Origin: Chiloscyllium plagiosum
Taxonomy: Eukaryota
DNA: 64,000 bases
Assembly (NCBI RefSeq): GCF_004010195.1
Contig: NC_057718.1
Coordinates: forward strand, 103,667,963-103,731,962
Reading direction: 5' to 3'
Of this stretch, positions 38,525-52,005 are shown in pieces. The notes beneath the pieces were generated by a model. The model was not told where the DNA came from. It ran no database searches and was given only the letters and a program-made list of their open reading frames with translations. Both the position numbers and the translations under genes were made by a program. Within the stretch, counting starts at the first letter, position 1, and each line of letters starts with the position of its first letter.

Positions 38525-40915
38525 ATAGCTTCATAGTAATAGAAGCAGGAGTAGACCATTAGGCCCATCGAACCTTCTCTGCCATTCATTAAGATCATGG
38601 CTGATCTATCCATCACCTCAGCTCCTCCTACCCACAATATCCCCATAATCCTTAATTCCCGTGCCATGCGAAAACCCATCCAACTGTGTCTTGAATATAT
38701 TTAATGAAGCTGCCTCTACTGCTTCCTTGGGCATAGAATTCCATAGATACACTACTCTCTGGGAAAAGCAGTTCCTCCTCATCTCTGTCCTAAATCTACT
38801 CCCCCTAACCTTGAGGCCATACCCCCTAGTCCTAGTCTCACTCCCAGCAGAAACAGCTTGCCTGCCTCTATCTTATCTATCCCTTTCATAACTTGATATA
38901 TTTCTATAAGATCCCCTCTCAATCTTCTAAATTCTAGTGAGTACAGTCCCAAGTGGCTCAACCTCTCATCATAGGATAACTCCCTCATCACCAGAACCAA
39001 CTTGGTGAGCCTCCTCTGCACTGCCTCTAAAGCCAGTATACCCTCCTCAAGTAAGGAGACCAGAACCGTGCACAATACCCAGGTGTGGCCTCACCAACAC
39101 CTTGTACAATTGCAGCAGAACCTCCCTGCTCTTCAATTCAATTCCTCTAGCACTGAAAGCCAATATTTCATTTGCCTTCCTGATCACCTCTTGCACCTGC
39201 AAATCAACTTTTAGTGATTCACGTATGAGCCCTCCTAAATCCCTCCGCATCTTTCACTGTTTAAATAATACTCTGACCTATTATTTTTGTTTCCAAGGTG
39301 GATAACCTCACATTTACCAACATTGTACTCCATCTGCCAGACGCTTACTCACTCACTAACCTATCTAAATCTCTCTGCAGACCCTCTACATCCCCTGTAC
39401 AGTTTGCCTTTCCATTCAAGTTAGTGTCATCAGCAAACTTGGATACATTACACTCGGTCTCCTTTTCCAAATCATTTATATATATCAAGAACAGTTGAGG
39501 GCCCAACACTGACCCCTGCAGTGCTCCACTTACCACTGAGCTCCAACCAGAGAAACACCCATTTCTCCCAACACTCTGCTTTCTATAGGTTAACCAGTCC
39601 TCTATCCATGCTAGTACATTCCCCGCAACTCCATGCATTCTTATCTTATGGATAAGTGTTTTATGTGGCACCTTATTGAACACCTTTTGGAAATCCAAAT
39701 ATACAACATTCACCTGTTCCCCTCTATCCACCGCACTTGTTACATCCTCAAAGAACTCCAGTAAGTTTGTCAAACATGACCTTCCCTTCCTGAATCCAGG
39801 CTGTGTCTGCCTGATGGAACCCTTTCTATCCAGATGCCTCACTATTTCTTCTATAATGATAGCCTCCAGCATTTTCCCAACTACAGATAGCCATAGAGTC
39901 ACAGAGATGTACAGCATGGAAACAGACCCTTTGCTCCAAACCATCCATGCCGACCAGCTATCCCAACCCAATCCAGTCCCACCTGCCAGCACCCAGCCCA
40001 TATCCCTCCAAACCCTTCCTATTCATATACCCATCCAAATGCCTTTTAAATGTTGCAATTGTACCAGCCTCCACCACATCCTCTGGCAGCTCATTCCATA
40101 CACGTACCACATTCTGTGTGAAAAAGTTGCCCTGTAGGTCTCTTTTATATCTTTCCCCTCTTCACCCTAAACCTATGCCCTCTAGTTCTGGACCCCCCCA
40201 ACCCAGGGAAGAGACTTTGTCTATTTATCCTATCCATGCCCCTCATGATTTTATAAACCTCTATAAGGTCACACCTCAGCTTCCGATGCTCCAAGGTAAA
40301 CAGCCCCAGCCTATTCAACCTCTCCCGATAGCTCAAATCCTCCAGACTTGGCAACATCCTTGTAAATCTGTTCTGAACAAGTTTCACAACTTTCTTCCGA
40401 GAGGAAGGAGACCAGAATTGCCTGCAATAATCCAAAGGAAGCCTAACCAATGTCCTGTATGGTCTCCCAACTCCTGTACTCAATACTCTGACCAATAAAG
40501 GAAAGCATACCAAATGCCTTCTTCACTATCCTATCTACCTGCGACTCCACTTTCAAGGAGCTATGAACCTGCACTCCAAGGTCTCTTTGTTCAGCAACAC
40601 TCCCTAGGACCTTACCATTAAGCATATAAGTCCTGCTAATATTTGCTTTCCCAAAATGCATCACCTCACATTTATCTGAATTAAACTCCATCTGCCACTT
40701 CTCAGCCCATTGGCCCATCTGGTCCAGATCCTGTTGTAATCTGAGGTAATCTTCTTTGCTGTCCAGTACACCTCCAGTTGCTAACTGGCGTACAGTTACC
40801 TGCCTTTTTAAACAGCATCATGATATTCGCTGTCTTCAAGTCTGCTGGGACCTGCAGGGACTCCAGTGAATTTTGGTAAATTACAATTAACATATCTACT
40901 ATAACTTCCACCATT
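38525..40915 (-). mobile_element. Older CR1 split by a younger HER1-like CR1 (about 39890-40777)
   Basis: GFRKGRSCLTNLLEFFE, YLDFQK, QGSVLGPQLF and FADDT; the upstream WKTAN/PVS segment is displaced to 40780-40915. Confidence 0.92.
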
Positions 40916-42229
40916 TGGGGAAAGTGGAGTAGAGGATTAGCTGATCAGTCACGTTCTCATTGAATGGTGGCACATACTTGATGGTCCGAATAGCTAATTT
41001 TGTTCTCATGTCCCATGGTATTATGCCTAAAGAACTTGGAGATGGGGACCTAGGCAATTTCCATGAAGTTGCCAAAGTGTGGTGTTATTTATTAGTTAGT
41101 TGAAAAGGAACATTGGAAAGCTACACCATCAGAACCATGGTGACCCCAGGAATGATCACACTGATGAAGCTCTGAAATACAAACTGTTACCAAGTAGGAT
41201 TCCTGACTTATCCTGCAAAAATAAAGAAACAGCACATTGTGCAATGGTATTGCTGTGTAGCAGGAAGTGATGCAAATGTTTGTGGTTGCAATATACATAT
41301 CTGTTGTATTGAATAAAAGTGAAATTTGCCTTTTTAACATTTGCATGTTAATTCACATGTAATTTGTGATAATTCTGATTTGTGTTTAGGTAACAAAAGG
41401 TGAAATTTTGTTGGTAATTTGTTCCTTTGGGGACCTCTCAGTAAATTTCATTACATTTTGGTTTTCAGTTCTCCCACAGGGCTCATAACATACTCCTATA
41501 TGCAAAATCATTGCCAGTCTCTGTTATTGAATTGTTGACAGTGGGATACAGGAAATAATTCATAGACGAACACTGGAAAGAATCATTCAAGGTCAGAGAC
41601 AAGCAGCTTACTTGATCAAAAATTGGCCTAATCTTCTGTGGTATCTCTCCAACCCAACCTGTTGCCTTATATCCAAACTTCTGAAAACATCATGCAATTA
41701 AAACATCTACCTATTAATATCTACAATACAGAGAACAACAGTTCAAACTCTTTCCAGCAGACTTGTTTCTGAACCTCTTTGTCACTTTTGTTAGGTTTGC
41801 AATTAAAAATCTTGCCAATAGTTTCCAGGTCAATGGAAAATTAGAATGGTCTGTATATAAAATGTTATAATCAACAATGAAGGTAAAACATTTTCTTTAT
41901 AGTGTATAACAATATTGGCATCACTTTCAATCTTATAATGAGTATTAATAATGCAGAGTCTGTTAAACCATTGAACTGTGATCAAGCTTTTATTTCTTTT
42001 ATTCCTTCATTGGATGTGAATGTTGTTGTCATTTACGAGTATTTGATACCTGTCCTCATTGGCCTTTGTGAATAATGAAAAGTCAACTACATTGCATTGG
42101 GTCCGGAGGTACATGTTGGCTTTCCATCCCTGCAGGAAGTTCGTGAACCAGATACACTTTAACAACAAAACAAATTACGACTTTGTAGCTTTATGACTGA
42201 GTCTAGCTGTTGTTCCCAATCTTGCTTGG

Positions 42230-42526
42230 ATTCACAGAAACCCTACAGTGTGGAAACAGGCCATTCAGTCCATTGAGTCCACACCAACCTCTGAAGAGCA
42301 TCCCACCCAGACCCATACCCTTACCCTAGCCATGTAACCCTGCTTTTCCCATGGTCAATCCACCTAGCCTGCACATCTTTGGACTATGGGAGGAAACCAG
42401 AGTAAACCCACACAGACATGGGGAAAACATGCAAACTCCACCCAAGCATTCACCTGAGGTTGGAATTGAACCCAGGTCCTTGGCACTGTGAGGCAGCAGT
42501 GCTAACCACTGACTCACCATTCCACC
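42230..42526 (-). mobile_element. HE1-type V-SINE
   Basis: Head and core match 19005-19312. Confidence 0.88.
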
Positions 42527-42607
42527 ACATGTGTTGAATTTAAAAAAAAATCAGTGGGGTGGGATTTGACCCATGTCAGCTGGATAGTAACCTCTCCTGC
42601 TTACTTG

Positions 42608-42827
42608 TGAAATAATTCCTCAAAGGCCGGTATCCCATCACAAAGTCACCTTTATTTACAGATGTGCAGTACATGGACTCTGACCAGCTGGCTCAGAGTG
42701 AGGAGAATCTCTGATATCCTGTTTATTTCTGTCGGCCAAGACTCCCTGATTGGCCCAGGTTACAGCCCCAATCAGAAAACTCATACTCAGTGAGATCCAC
42801 CTGGCCAACCATGTTCCATTGACTCCA
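42608..42827 (-). mobile_element. 220-bp solo LTR with 4-bp TSD
   Basis: cttg at 42604-42607 and 42828-42831; TG...CA ends; homologous to 31258-31473. Confidence 0.75.
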
Positions 42828-45800
42828 CTTGCTTGTCCTCTCATTATTTTACCGCAGCTCCCGCTGGATAAGGAATGCAGTGAGTTCTCATCATGGCCAA
42901 GCCCCACTCTCTAAGTTCAGAGAACAACAGTCAAGCTCTTTCCAGCAGACCTGCTTCTGAACCTCTTTGTCACTTTTACTAGGTTTGCAATTAAAACTCT
43001 TGCCCAATATTTTCCAGGTCAATGGAAAATTAGAATGGCCTGTGAAAATCCTGGATCACATTCATGACAGATAACTTCTGTTAGTGGTTGTATTTGAATA
43101 TGAGGCAAAATGTAGATAAGTGTATGGAATATCTTTTGACTCCCAGTCAATTTTTCCAATATATAACAATATGTATCCCAGTGAGTTACTGAAAATCAAT
43201 AGCAAGGTGCATAAAGAGCAAATGCTATTTCAGATTAATTATTCTTTGGTAAGGAGAAATTAACTGGTCGAGAGCTCTGTAGCTAATTCTATCTTGAACT
43301 CTGCATTAGGACTACATTCAAATTAGCTTGGTCACAGATCATAAGCTACTGAATTGTAACACAGTAAGTTTACTTTTAAAAAGATCATTTCTACGCGAGG
43401 TTCACTTGAGGTTAATCAGGCATAGATTTTGTTTTGTGAGTGTGCAGGTAAACTCACACTGAGCATTTGAGAACGCTCTGAGTGCACAGACTCAGAGACG
43501 CGATAACAAGCATGTTGACAGAATATGACACTTATCATAATCTGCTCCCTGCTGAGGAAGACTGCACACACGGATTCCATTACCACATTTCATTAGTGTG
43601 CAGTGCACTTCAATTTGAAAAGGGTTTATTGGCTTTAATTGTGTTTAAAACATTGGCTTGCAACAACTAACCCAGTCATTTATTTATCCATTGCCTAAAC
43701 CTACAGGGGGACAATGTGTGGCTTCATCCAGATAGCTGGCCGAAATATAACGAGCTGCAAGAACAGATGGTAATTAACTTTTGGCACCAAAGGCCGATTG
43801 GTTCATTGGGCTGTGGGGCTCATTTCTTCTGCAGTCATTTGAAATGTAAGCTTCAGGGATGGAGGTAAGGAAGTGGTACACAATGCACTCACCTTGCAGG
43901 CACATCCTGTCAATAAGTAAGCACCTTGGGCAGAATCTGACAGGAGTCGGAGCAGTGTGAGATGTTCATTGAGGTCTATCTCAATGTCAGGAGCGTCTCT
44001 CTACATCTTATAGTCTTTAGCCAAAGCAGCAAGTCGATTTTCCACTAAGCAGTGACGAGTTGCCAATAAAGGAGGATTATTGCTTGTTAAACACCTTATT
44101 AACCCTGCAGCTCGTTTCATCAATATTTAGCTTCTTATCTTAGCAAACGTAGATGTTGAGAATCTCCCCATCTCAGCTCACTGCCTGCTCCAAACCACCT
44201 CTGTGTTGTACACTGGACATTAAGATCTCAGGGCACCCTCCATCGGTACCAGCTACATGTGCCTCACATCCACAGACATTGGCATTCAACATGTGTCAGC
44301 CACTACAAACCCTCCTGGCACATCCCCAATCCACTTACAGGATACTCTGCCCTTCAATCCTGCCCCTTGGGCTGCCCTGGTAACTCATACTGCAGCAAGG
44401 ACACAGTGCGTTCTGCAACACCCCACCAGCTCAGAGTCTGGACCAGGCTGTATCTCCAGGATTTGCACTCGCTCACTCACTCACTCTCAGCCAACCTGGA
44501 TGCTTGTGGTATTAGCCTTGCATTGCCTTGTTGCACTTTGCTCCTCAGCCTAAGACACCAGGCTCATATTACTGCTATCTTGCCTTGTCGCTTACCACAG
44601 ACACAAAGCCAGGAAGCTTATCATCATCGTCAATAAGTCTCAGTCAAATCAAGGGACATAACCCTCAGCTGGAGGATGGGGGTGGGGTTTGGTGAATTAA
44701 GGCCAGCCTCCGATACCAGTCCAGGCTTGGCCACCTCTCTTTTCATCTCGAAAGTGTACATTATTCACTGAATTGATAGTCCTCCAGGTGCAGTTGATAT
44801 TTGCATCCTGGGGAACAGACCATAGACACCAGAAGCTTGACCACCTCCACCCACTTTAGCTCTGTCTGCTGTATTGGGGGCTGCTTTACTACTGGAAGGA
44901 GAGAGAGGCAGATATTCAGGGAAATGCCACTTTTGGTGCCAGTGGGGAAGCTGTGAATTACTAGCCCACTTTTCAAGCACCTTCTCATTGCTCTGAAATT
45001 GCCTCATTCAGTCTCTCTGCTTCTCCTTTACATTTACTTCTTTGAACAAGTCTTGAGTCCCACTTGGTCATGTATTCTAACAGCACCTTAGGTCACTTGA
45101 TCAGATTTCTTTTCTTGATTGTTGTTTCAGTGCACCTTGGGTAAGGTTTTTTATCCCCCTAAGATTGACTCTGAGGAGTGTTGATTGGCTGCCTTGGAAA
45201 GCAGATTGCCAATCTGATTGGTTGATACCTCCATAGACTCAGCAGTGCTGGTGGCATCAATGGCCAGCATTGGGACTGCAGATGGTCTATAGATTCCAAG
45301 ACCTGGAAGCCAGGACCAGATCAGTGCGAGGGGCGCTGAGGTCAAGGTTGGGGATGGGAGCTGTGCGTGAGGAGGGGGAAGTGAACTTAATGGTGTTGCA
45401 TCTCACTGCAAAGGCTGTCCCTGACATTTGTCAGCATGCCAATCAATTGGTATATAGTTAATATACAATTTCATAAGAGAGTTGCAGAATTGTTACTGAA
45501 CATAAGGAGGCCATTTGGCCCATTGTGCTTGTACTGGTTCTTTCACCCAGTGCCAATTTCCTGCCTTTCCCCCATATCCCCCACTTCTAACCAAATAATC
45601 ATCCAATACCTTTTGAATGCCTCATTTGAACCTGCCTCCATCAGATTTCCAGGCAGTGCATTCCATACCTTAACTATTCGCTGGGTGAAATTTGTTTTCC
45701 CAATACCCTTGCTTCATTTGCATACCACTTTAAATCTGTGTCCTCTGTCCTTGTTCCTTTTTACGATTGGCAGCATTTATTCTGCATTTATTCCATCTAG

Positions 45801-47744
45801 CCTCTACTTGCGATATTGAAATCCTCTATTAAATGGACTATATTGCGCACTCAGATTTGAATATATGATGAGCCAGTGGTATTACCACTAGACTAATCAC
45901 CTACAGGGATAACGCCTGGGGACCTGGGTTAAAATTTTGCCATGGTGGAATTCAAATTCAACTTCTCTTTTAGAAAAAAAATCTGGAATTAAGAGTCTAC
46001 AGCAATTTTGATTGTTGGGAAATTCACCTGGTTCACTCATGCACTTTAGAGAGGACAATTTCCTTTCCTTACCCGGTCTGGCTTATATGTGACTCCTATG
46101 CCCGAAACATCGATTCTCCTGCTCCTCGGATGCTGCCTGGCCTGCTGTGTTTTTCCAGCACCACATTTTTCAACTCTGGTACTCCCGCATCTGCAGTCCT
46201 CACTTTCTCCTGCCCTGACCACCTCCTGTCCCAGCTTCTGATTTGGGCCTGGATGATTATTGGGGTGGATTTCCCAAACCTTGCCCCACCCCCACCCCCA
46301 TCTCACTGTAATGGTGTGGACAGGGTGGGGGAGGGTGGGAAGGGCAGTGGGAAAGCCAGCTGGGGGAAACTCTCAAATTCTGTCCCCTCGTGGGCATTTT
46401 ACGATGTTCAGGCTGCTACATGAACAGAAGTTGTTGCTGTTCAGCCTGCGCTGACTTGGACAGAAACCTATTCTGAGCAGAGCACCAGGAGGTGAATCTG
46501 GCAGTGAGCTGTAGCTCTGCATGTCAGACAGCAGCTGAAATTCCTTTCCTTTTATCTCAAAGCATGGAACATTCAGAAATGCTGCTTGTCAGAGTTTCCT
46601 TTCTGTACTTTTCCCAGGCAATGCTTACATCCCAAGATGCAAAAACCAGAACGCACTCGTTTCTTATAGTTTTCATAATTGACATCAACAAAGCAGCATT
46701 TTCAGGCAGAAAAGTCGTCTTCCAATATTTTCACAATACACTGCCAATGGTCTGACTCTGGGCCGAGTTTATTGCTTTGCCATCCTGTGATTAGCCAATG
46801 GCTTCTCCTGAATTTGACCTGTGGCTAATTCCTTCTCTGCAAGTCATCATTGGAAGTCTCCTACCAAAATGGCTGATTAAAATGCAAGGAAATGTCACCC
46901 TAAAGAAAAAGTGCAGTGACTCCCATTAGCCAGGTGCACCAGTTGCAAATCTAGAACCAAGCCCTCAGGCTGCAAAGCCAAATGTAAACCAAGAAATCAG
47001 ACAGATACTCAAATGAAAACTTCCAGCTGAGGCTTGAATCAAATTCTACAGGTGCTCTTGTGGGTCTGAATTGAGTGAGCAACAGAATTGTTTTTTACAC
47101 ATATTCATTCACAGGATATTGGCAAGTTGCCCAACCCTAACTGCCCACAAACTGAGTGGGTTTTCTGGAAGGGCAGTTGAGAGTCAACTGCACGGAGTCT
47201 AGGGTGAAGCAGATGGATTTTTAGACCAATTGATGGCAATTTCAAGGTCACCATCACTTGAATTTAAATTCCAGCAGCGGACTGAACCCCTGCCCCAGAG
47301 CAATCTCCTGAGCCTCTGGGTTACTGGTCCAGTGATATAGGCAGAGGTGGGCAGGAGAAACATTACCCCGATTGAAGGGACAAATGACCAGGGGGGGTAT
47401 AGATTTAATGTAAGGGGTAGGAGGATTAGAGGAGATGTGAGGAAAGACTTTTTCAGCTAGAGAGAGGGTGGTGGGAATCTAGAACCCACTGCCTGTGAGG
47501 TTGGGAGAGGCAGAAACCCTCATCACATTAAAGAAGAATTTAGATGTGCACTTGCAGTGCCAAGCTGTGGGCCAATATCCGGAAAATGGGCTTAGAATAG
47601 TGAGGTTGTTGTTTTTGACTGAGGTAGACTCAATGGGCTTTCTGTGCCGTAGATACTCTGACTCTATGGCATTGCCACTGTCTCCTTCATAGGGTGATAT
47701 CATTGCCAGCACAACCAAAAGGGAAATACCAGGCAAAGTTCATT

Positions 47745-48112
47745 CACGAGGTTTATAAAATCATGAGCGACATGGATAGGATGAATAGCCAAGGTCTTCT
47801 TCCAAGGTTAGGGGAGTCCAAAACTAGAGGACGTAGGTTTAAGGTGAGAGGGGAAAGATATAAAAGGGACCTAAGGGGCAACATTATCATGCAGAGGATG
47901 GTGCGTGTATGGAACGAGCTGCCAGAGGAAGTGGTGGAGGTTGGGACAATTACAACATTTAATGGGCATCTGGATGGGTATATGAATAGGAATGGATGAG
48001 AGGGATATGGGCCAAATGCTGGCATATGGGACTAGAATAATTTTGGATATCTGGTCAGCATGGACAAATTGGGCCGAAGGGTCTGTTTCTGTGCTGCATA
48101 GGTCTATGACTC
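47745..48112 (+). mobile_element. CR1 (HER1-like) 3' end
   Basis: EVYKIM..VRVWNELPEEVV and the family tail. Confidence 0.9.
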
Positions 48113-48764
48113 TAATTTGTTGTTCAGGATGAAAACACAATCCATTGGTCATGTATAAACTCCAAATGATGATGTCACAAGTGTGTCACTCGAAAATCTG
48201 GACCTCTTGTTTATCAACGCTTCAATCAATTGCTTTGAGGTCCATATTCCATAAAATGAATGGATTCAATGTCTGACTCAAGTTTGAAAAATTAAATATA
48301 TACTGCCATATAACAGTTTAATCTTTCCTTATTGTCATTTATCTTATTTTCAGCCTTTGAACTACACAATAATTTTCAACTCTTCTTCTTTGCATAAACT
48401 AAAATAGGAGATAAACACAATATCAAGACATATCATCCGTCACAACTCCCCCCCTGTGGCCTTGCCATCTGTTTTCATATTGTCCCTTTAAGTAGATCAT
48501 GAAGCTTTCCAAAAAAGCCCCCATCAGTGTCTCTTTGTACGCACTGACAGAGGGAGGTTTGGCCCCTGTCTGGAGCACCATCTTGCATGTGTTTATCTCC
48601 TCTCATCACCAGCTGGAGATAATAAATGGACCTGCAGCCTGATGGGGCAATCTCCACCTGTAGCGACCGCCAAAGTCCCAACAGATTTTACAACTGAATT
48701 CAACCTGATGACCAATTTAGAATTCCAACCACTCCAATAAGGGCGAAAAGGCTTATCCACTGTT

Positions 48765-48823
48765 TCAAAGTAAACGTTGATTGTAAAATCCTGGATGATA
48801 TTCAAGAAGGTCGGGGCTTATTC
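48765..48823 (-). CDS. Unidentified spliced gene, last coding exon ((R)ISPDLLEYHPGFYNQRLL*)
   Basis: Acceptor cttcttcttgatgtag; phase 1 matches the preceding exon; TGA at 48767-48765; possible ATTAAA signal at 48322-48317. Confidence 0.65.
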
Positions 48824-48916
48824 CTACATCAAGAAGAAGACTCAGACGTGACTTCTTGGAGGTCTTATAGTTCTGAATGGGTTGAATAGGATTGATGGGG
48901 AGAGAACATGCACAGC

Positions 48917-48951
48917 CACCTGATGAAGGGGCAGTGCTCCGAAAGCTAGTG
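48917..48951 (+). ncRNA. Minimal type I hammerhead ribozyme motif in a Penelope terminus (element about 48912-49040)
   Basis: CAC-CUGAUGA-A-GGGGC-agu-GCUCC-GAAA-GC-UA^GUG; stem I CAC/GUG, 5-bp stem II, palindromic AGCU in place of stem III. Confidence 0.8.
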
Positions 48952-50074
48952 CTTCCAATTAAACCTGTTGGACTATAACCTGGTGTTGTGTGATTTTTAA
49001 CTTTATTCACCCCAGTCCAACACCGGCACCTCCAAATCATTACCGATCCTGGTTACATGAGAATTATTAATTTATCCAAAAGACAAAAAGGAGAAAATTC
49101 AGAGAGTAGTTAGACCTTGGAACTTGCTACTGTAGGAAGCGGTGAATGCAATTAGCTTCAGTACGTTCAAAAGGAAACTAGACAAATAACTGAGAGAAAA
49201 GGGGCTAGAATGACAAGCTGAAAGGCTGAGATGAAGGAGATGGATTGGATAAAAGTGGTGTGGATTGTAAACGTTAGCACAAATTAATTGGCTGTTTCTG
49301 AGCTGTAGATTCTATGTAATTGTAGGCAACTTATTTATTCAGGAGCAATACAATCTAATGCACTTGAACATCACAATACTACTATTCTCTGTGGCACCAT
49401 GTAACATACAGCACAAAAACCATATATCAATCCTTTTAATCATTCATTGTCTCTGACTGAAATCTTTTTTGATATCCCAGGCAGAGAGCAAGCAGGTTGG
49501 GGGCTAGCAGAAAGATTGGGTGAAGAGAGGAAGCACGTGTTCACTGTTGGATTGAGCCTCTCAAGCAGGAATGACAACCTTACGACCCTTTCCCCAGTCA
49601 ATGTGTCAAATGCTCCTTTTATTCAATTTCTTCACAACTGTTTCAAAGAGATAATTTGACATATTTGGTATCATAAAGCTCTTATTCCCTCAGAATTGAA
49701 ATGCAGCATTTGATTTAGAGAATGTAACACTTGATTGTGGCTAAATTGACAAGTGTTGAGGCTACTGTCAATATATTTCATCCGTCAAGTGGTTTTCAGA
49801 GCAGTAGGTCTGATAGCTAGGCTGCTTGGCAGTGATCTGGCAATTGCTCCGCACTAAAGCTGATCATGTCTGTCCTTTCCTATTGTGATAGATGACAGGC
49901 TCTCCTGTCGAGTTTACTGTAGCACATGGAATAGGACCACTGAGCCTCTGACCAGTGGATGGAATGTATATCTGTTGCTAAAGGAATTCTAACATTTCAG
50001 ATGCAATTAATAAGTATTTTCCTAATCACTTTTTTTTAACTTCTTAAGGAAAGAATTCTTAAGAAAAAAACTTT

Positions 50075-50600
50075 CATTAGAGGTAGTGCAGAGAAAGTTC
50101 ATTCAGATGATTCCTGGGTGTGGAGGGGTTGTCTTATGAGCAAAGGTTAGACAGGTCGGGAGTCCAGTCACTGGAGTTTATAAGAAATTGAGACGAATGG
50201 GGCATGACAATGTTAATGCTGAGAGAATGATTTCCCCTCATGGAAGAGTCTGGGACCAGAGGAGACAGCCTCAGAATAAAGAATAAATTTCAGACTGAGA
50301 TGGGGAGGAATTTCTTCTATCAGAGAGTTGTGAGTCTTTGGAACTCCTTGCTGTGGGAGTGGAGTCCTTGTGTATATTTAAGGCTGAGATAGATACATTC
50401 CTGATAAGTCGGGAAATCCAGGGTAATAGGGAAAGGTCAGGAAAGTGGACACGTGTTTCTCCACAGATGTTGCCAGACCTGCTGGGCTTTTCGAGCAATT
50501 TCAGTGTTTTGTTTCTGAGGATCAGCTATGATCCTGTTGAATGGCAAAGTAAGCTCATGGGGCTGAATGGCCTACTCATGTTCCTATTCCTTGTAGTCTT
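50075..50600 (+). mobile_element. Degraded CR1 3' fragment with a small Penelope insert
   Basis: CR1 3' motifs; Penelope-type tail at about 50452-50515. Confidence 0.75.
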
Positions 50601-51310
50601 ATAGGCACAACCCAGAATATGCATTTGATAGGTGATCTTCAGGCATTCAAAGAAAAATTGCACCATCCAGTGAAAATGCTATGAATGTCAACTCGACTTT
50701 GACAAACTGCAAATATTCCATTTTTAATTACAGATTGAGTCAATGGGAAAAGTTGATGCCAGACTCTGCTGACTAACTACAGTGAGGCCTCTTACACTTC
50801 TATCCATCACGTAGCCATGAGACATGTTAAAGAAATTCAGATCGAATGGCTAGGCAAATTGGAACACAGTAGAGTGGATGTATTTTGAGCAACGTGGGTG
50901 TTTTGTGAGACAGGTAAGCAGCACACTAGCTGCATGGCACAGTAAATAATACAATGTCGAGTAGGGGGAATGCTGCATTGGTGCACAGAACTGTGACTTT
51001 TAAATTGACACCATGATGTATAGCACCAATTAAGAATGGATTTGATCTCAGAGCTTCACAGTTGAATCCAGTCAACTATGTCACAAAAGCCATTGGTTTC
51101 ATCTGCTGCATTCTGTGTTTTTTTTAGGTTAAGTGTGAAATATTAATTTAGCATTGATAAATTCAGCTCAGTTTCACTGTCAGTTTTGTTGGAACTTGTA
51201 CAGTTTATTGGTTGCAGATGCAGTTGACTTATCATTTCTTAGTTTAGGAATTACACAATTTGAATACATATTCTGGCATGAATCTCCCCAGGTGTGTGTG
51301 TGATACTCAC

Positions 51311-51338
51311 TTGCAGAATAGAGGAGACTTTTTGGTGC
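51311..51338 (-). CDS. Unidentified gene, micro-exon (APKSLLYSA)
   Basis: Acceptor ttttgcttattctacacactag and donor AA|gtgagt; 28 nt, phase 0 to 1. Confidence 0.7.
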
Positions 51339-51459
51339 CTAGTGTGTAGAATAAGCAAAACAGATAATAAATAAACCAAAATCAGTTCACCAATGTGATT
51401 TGTCTCAGCACAGGACACATTATCATGTCACTATCTTATTCATGTCTCAAGTAACTTAC

Positions 51460-51506
51460 CAGCAATTCTGTCAGCTGATTACTACGGAAATGATCATCGT
51501 TGCAAT
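51460..51506 (-). CDS. Unidentified gene exon ((D)CNDDHFRSNQLTELL)
   Basis: Acceptor cttgcatttttaaag and donor CTG|gtaagt; 47 nt, phase 1 to 0. Confidence 0.72.
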
Positions 51507-51744
51507 CTTTAAAAATGCAAGAATGGTTCATTTGAAACCAATGTTGTAACTATCATTGTGCAGGATTATGTGCAAGTTGTGCATTATTCATGAATAATGT
51601 TTTGCAGGATTAGGATAATCATTCACTTTCCCTTCATGGTCAAAGTAATAGTGAAGTATGGTTGTTGCTAGGAACTCACAATCAATATGCTTTTGGTTAT
51701 TAGCATCAGATTAATAATTCAAAATCATAAATAGTGCAATCCAC

Positions 51745-51868
51745 CCTCTTTGTGAACATGTAAGTTCTCCCCATAATTTTCCCCTTTGTTTTGCAAATAC
51801 ATCAGTTTAAAATTAGTCTTCGGCTTCACAATTTTGGTGTGATTGAAAATGGGTGTGACTGGCAAGCA
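51745..51868 (-). CDS. Unidentified gene exon (CLPVTPIFNH..NLHVHKE)
   Basis: Strong acceptor ttatttctgctttcttgaacag; donor AGG|gtggat is weak but gives the required phase 1. Confidence 0.55.
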
Positions 51869-52005
51869 CTGTTCAAGAAAGCAGAAATAAAAATAACAAA
51901 TGTTCATTTCCAAAGAGGCATCATCCTCAGCCCAGGACACTGTTTAAGTAGAAGAGCAAGCTGCCTTTTCTGTATAATTCACTTAGCAAGCTGCAAATTA
52001 TTTAC

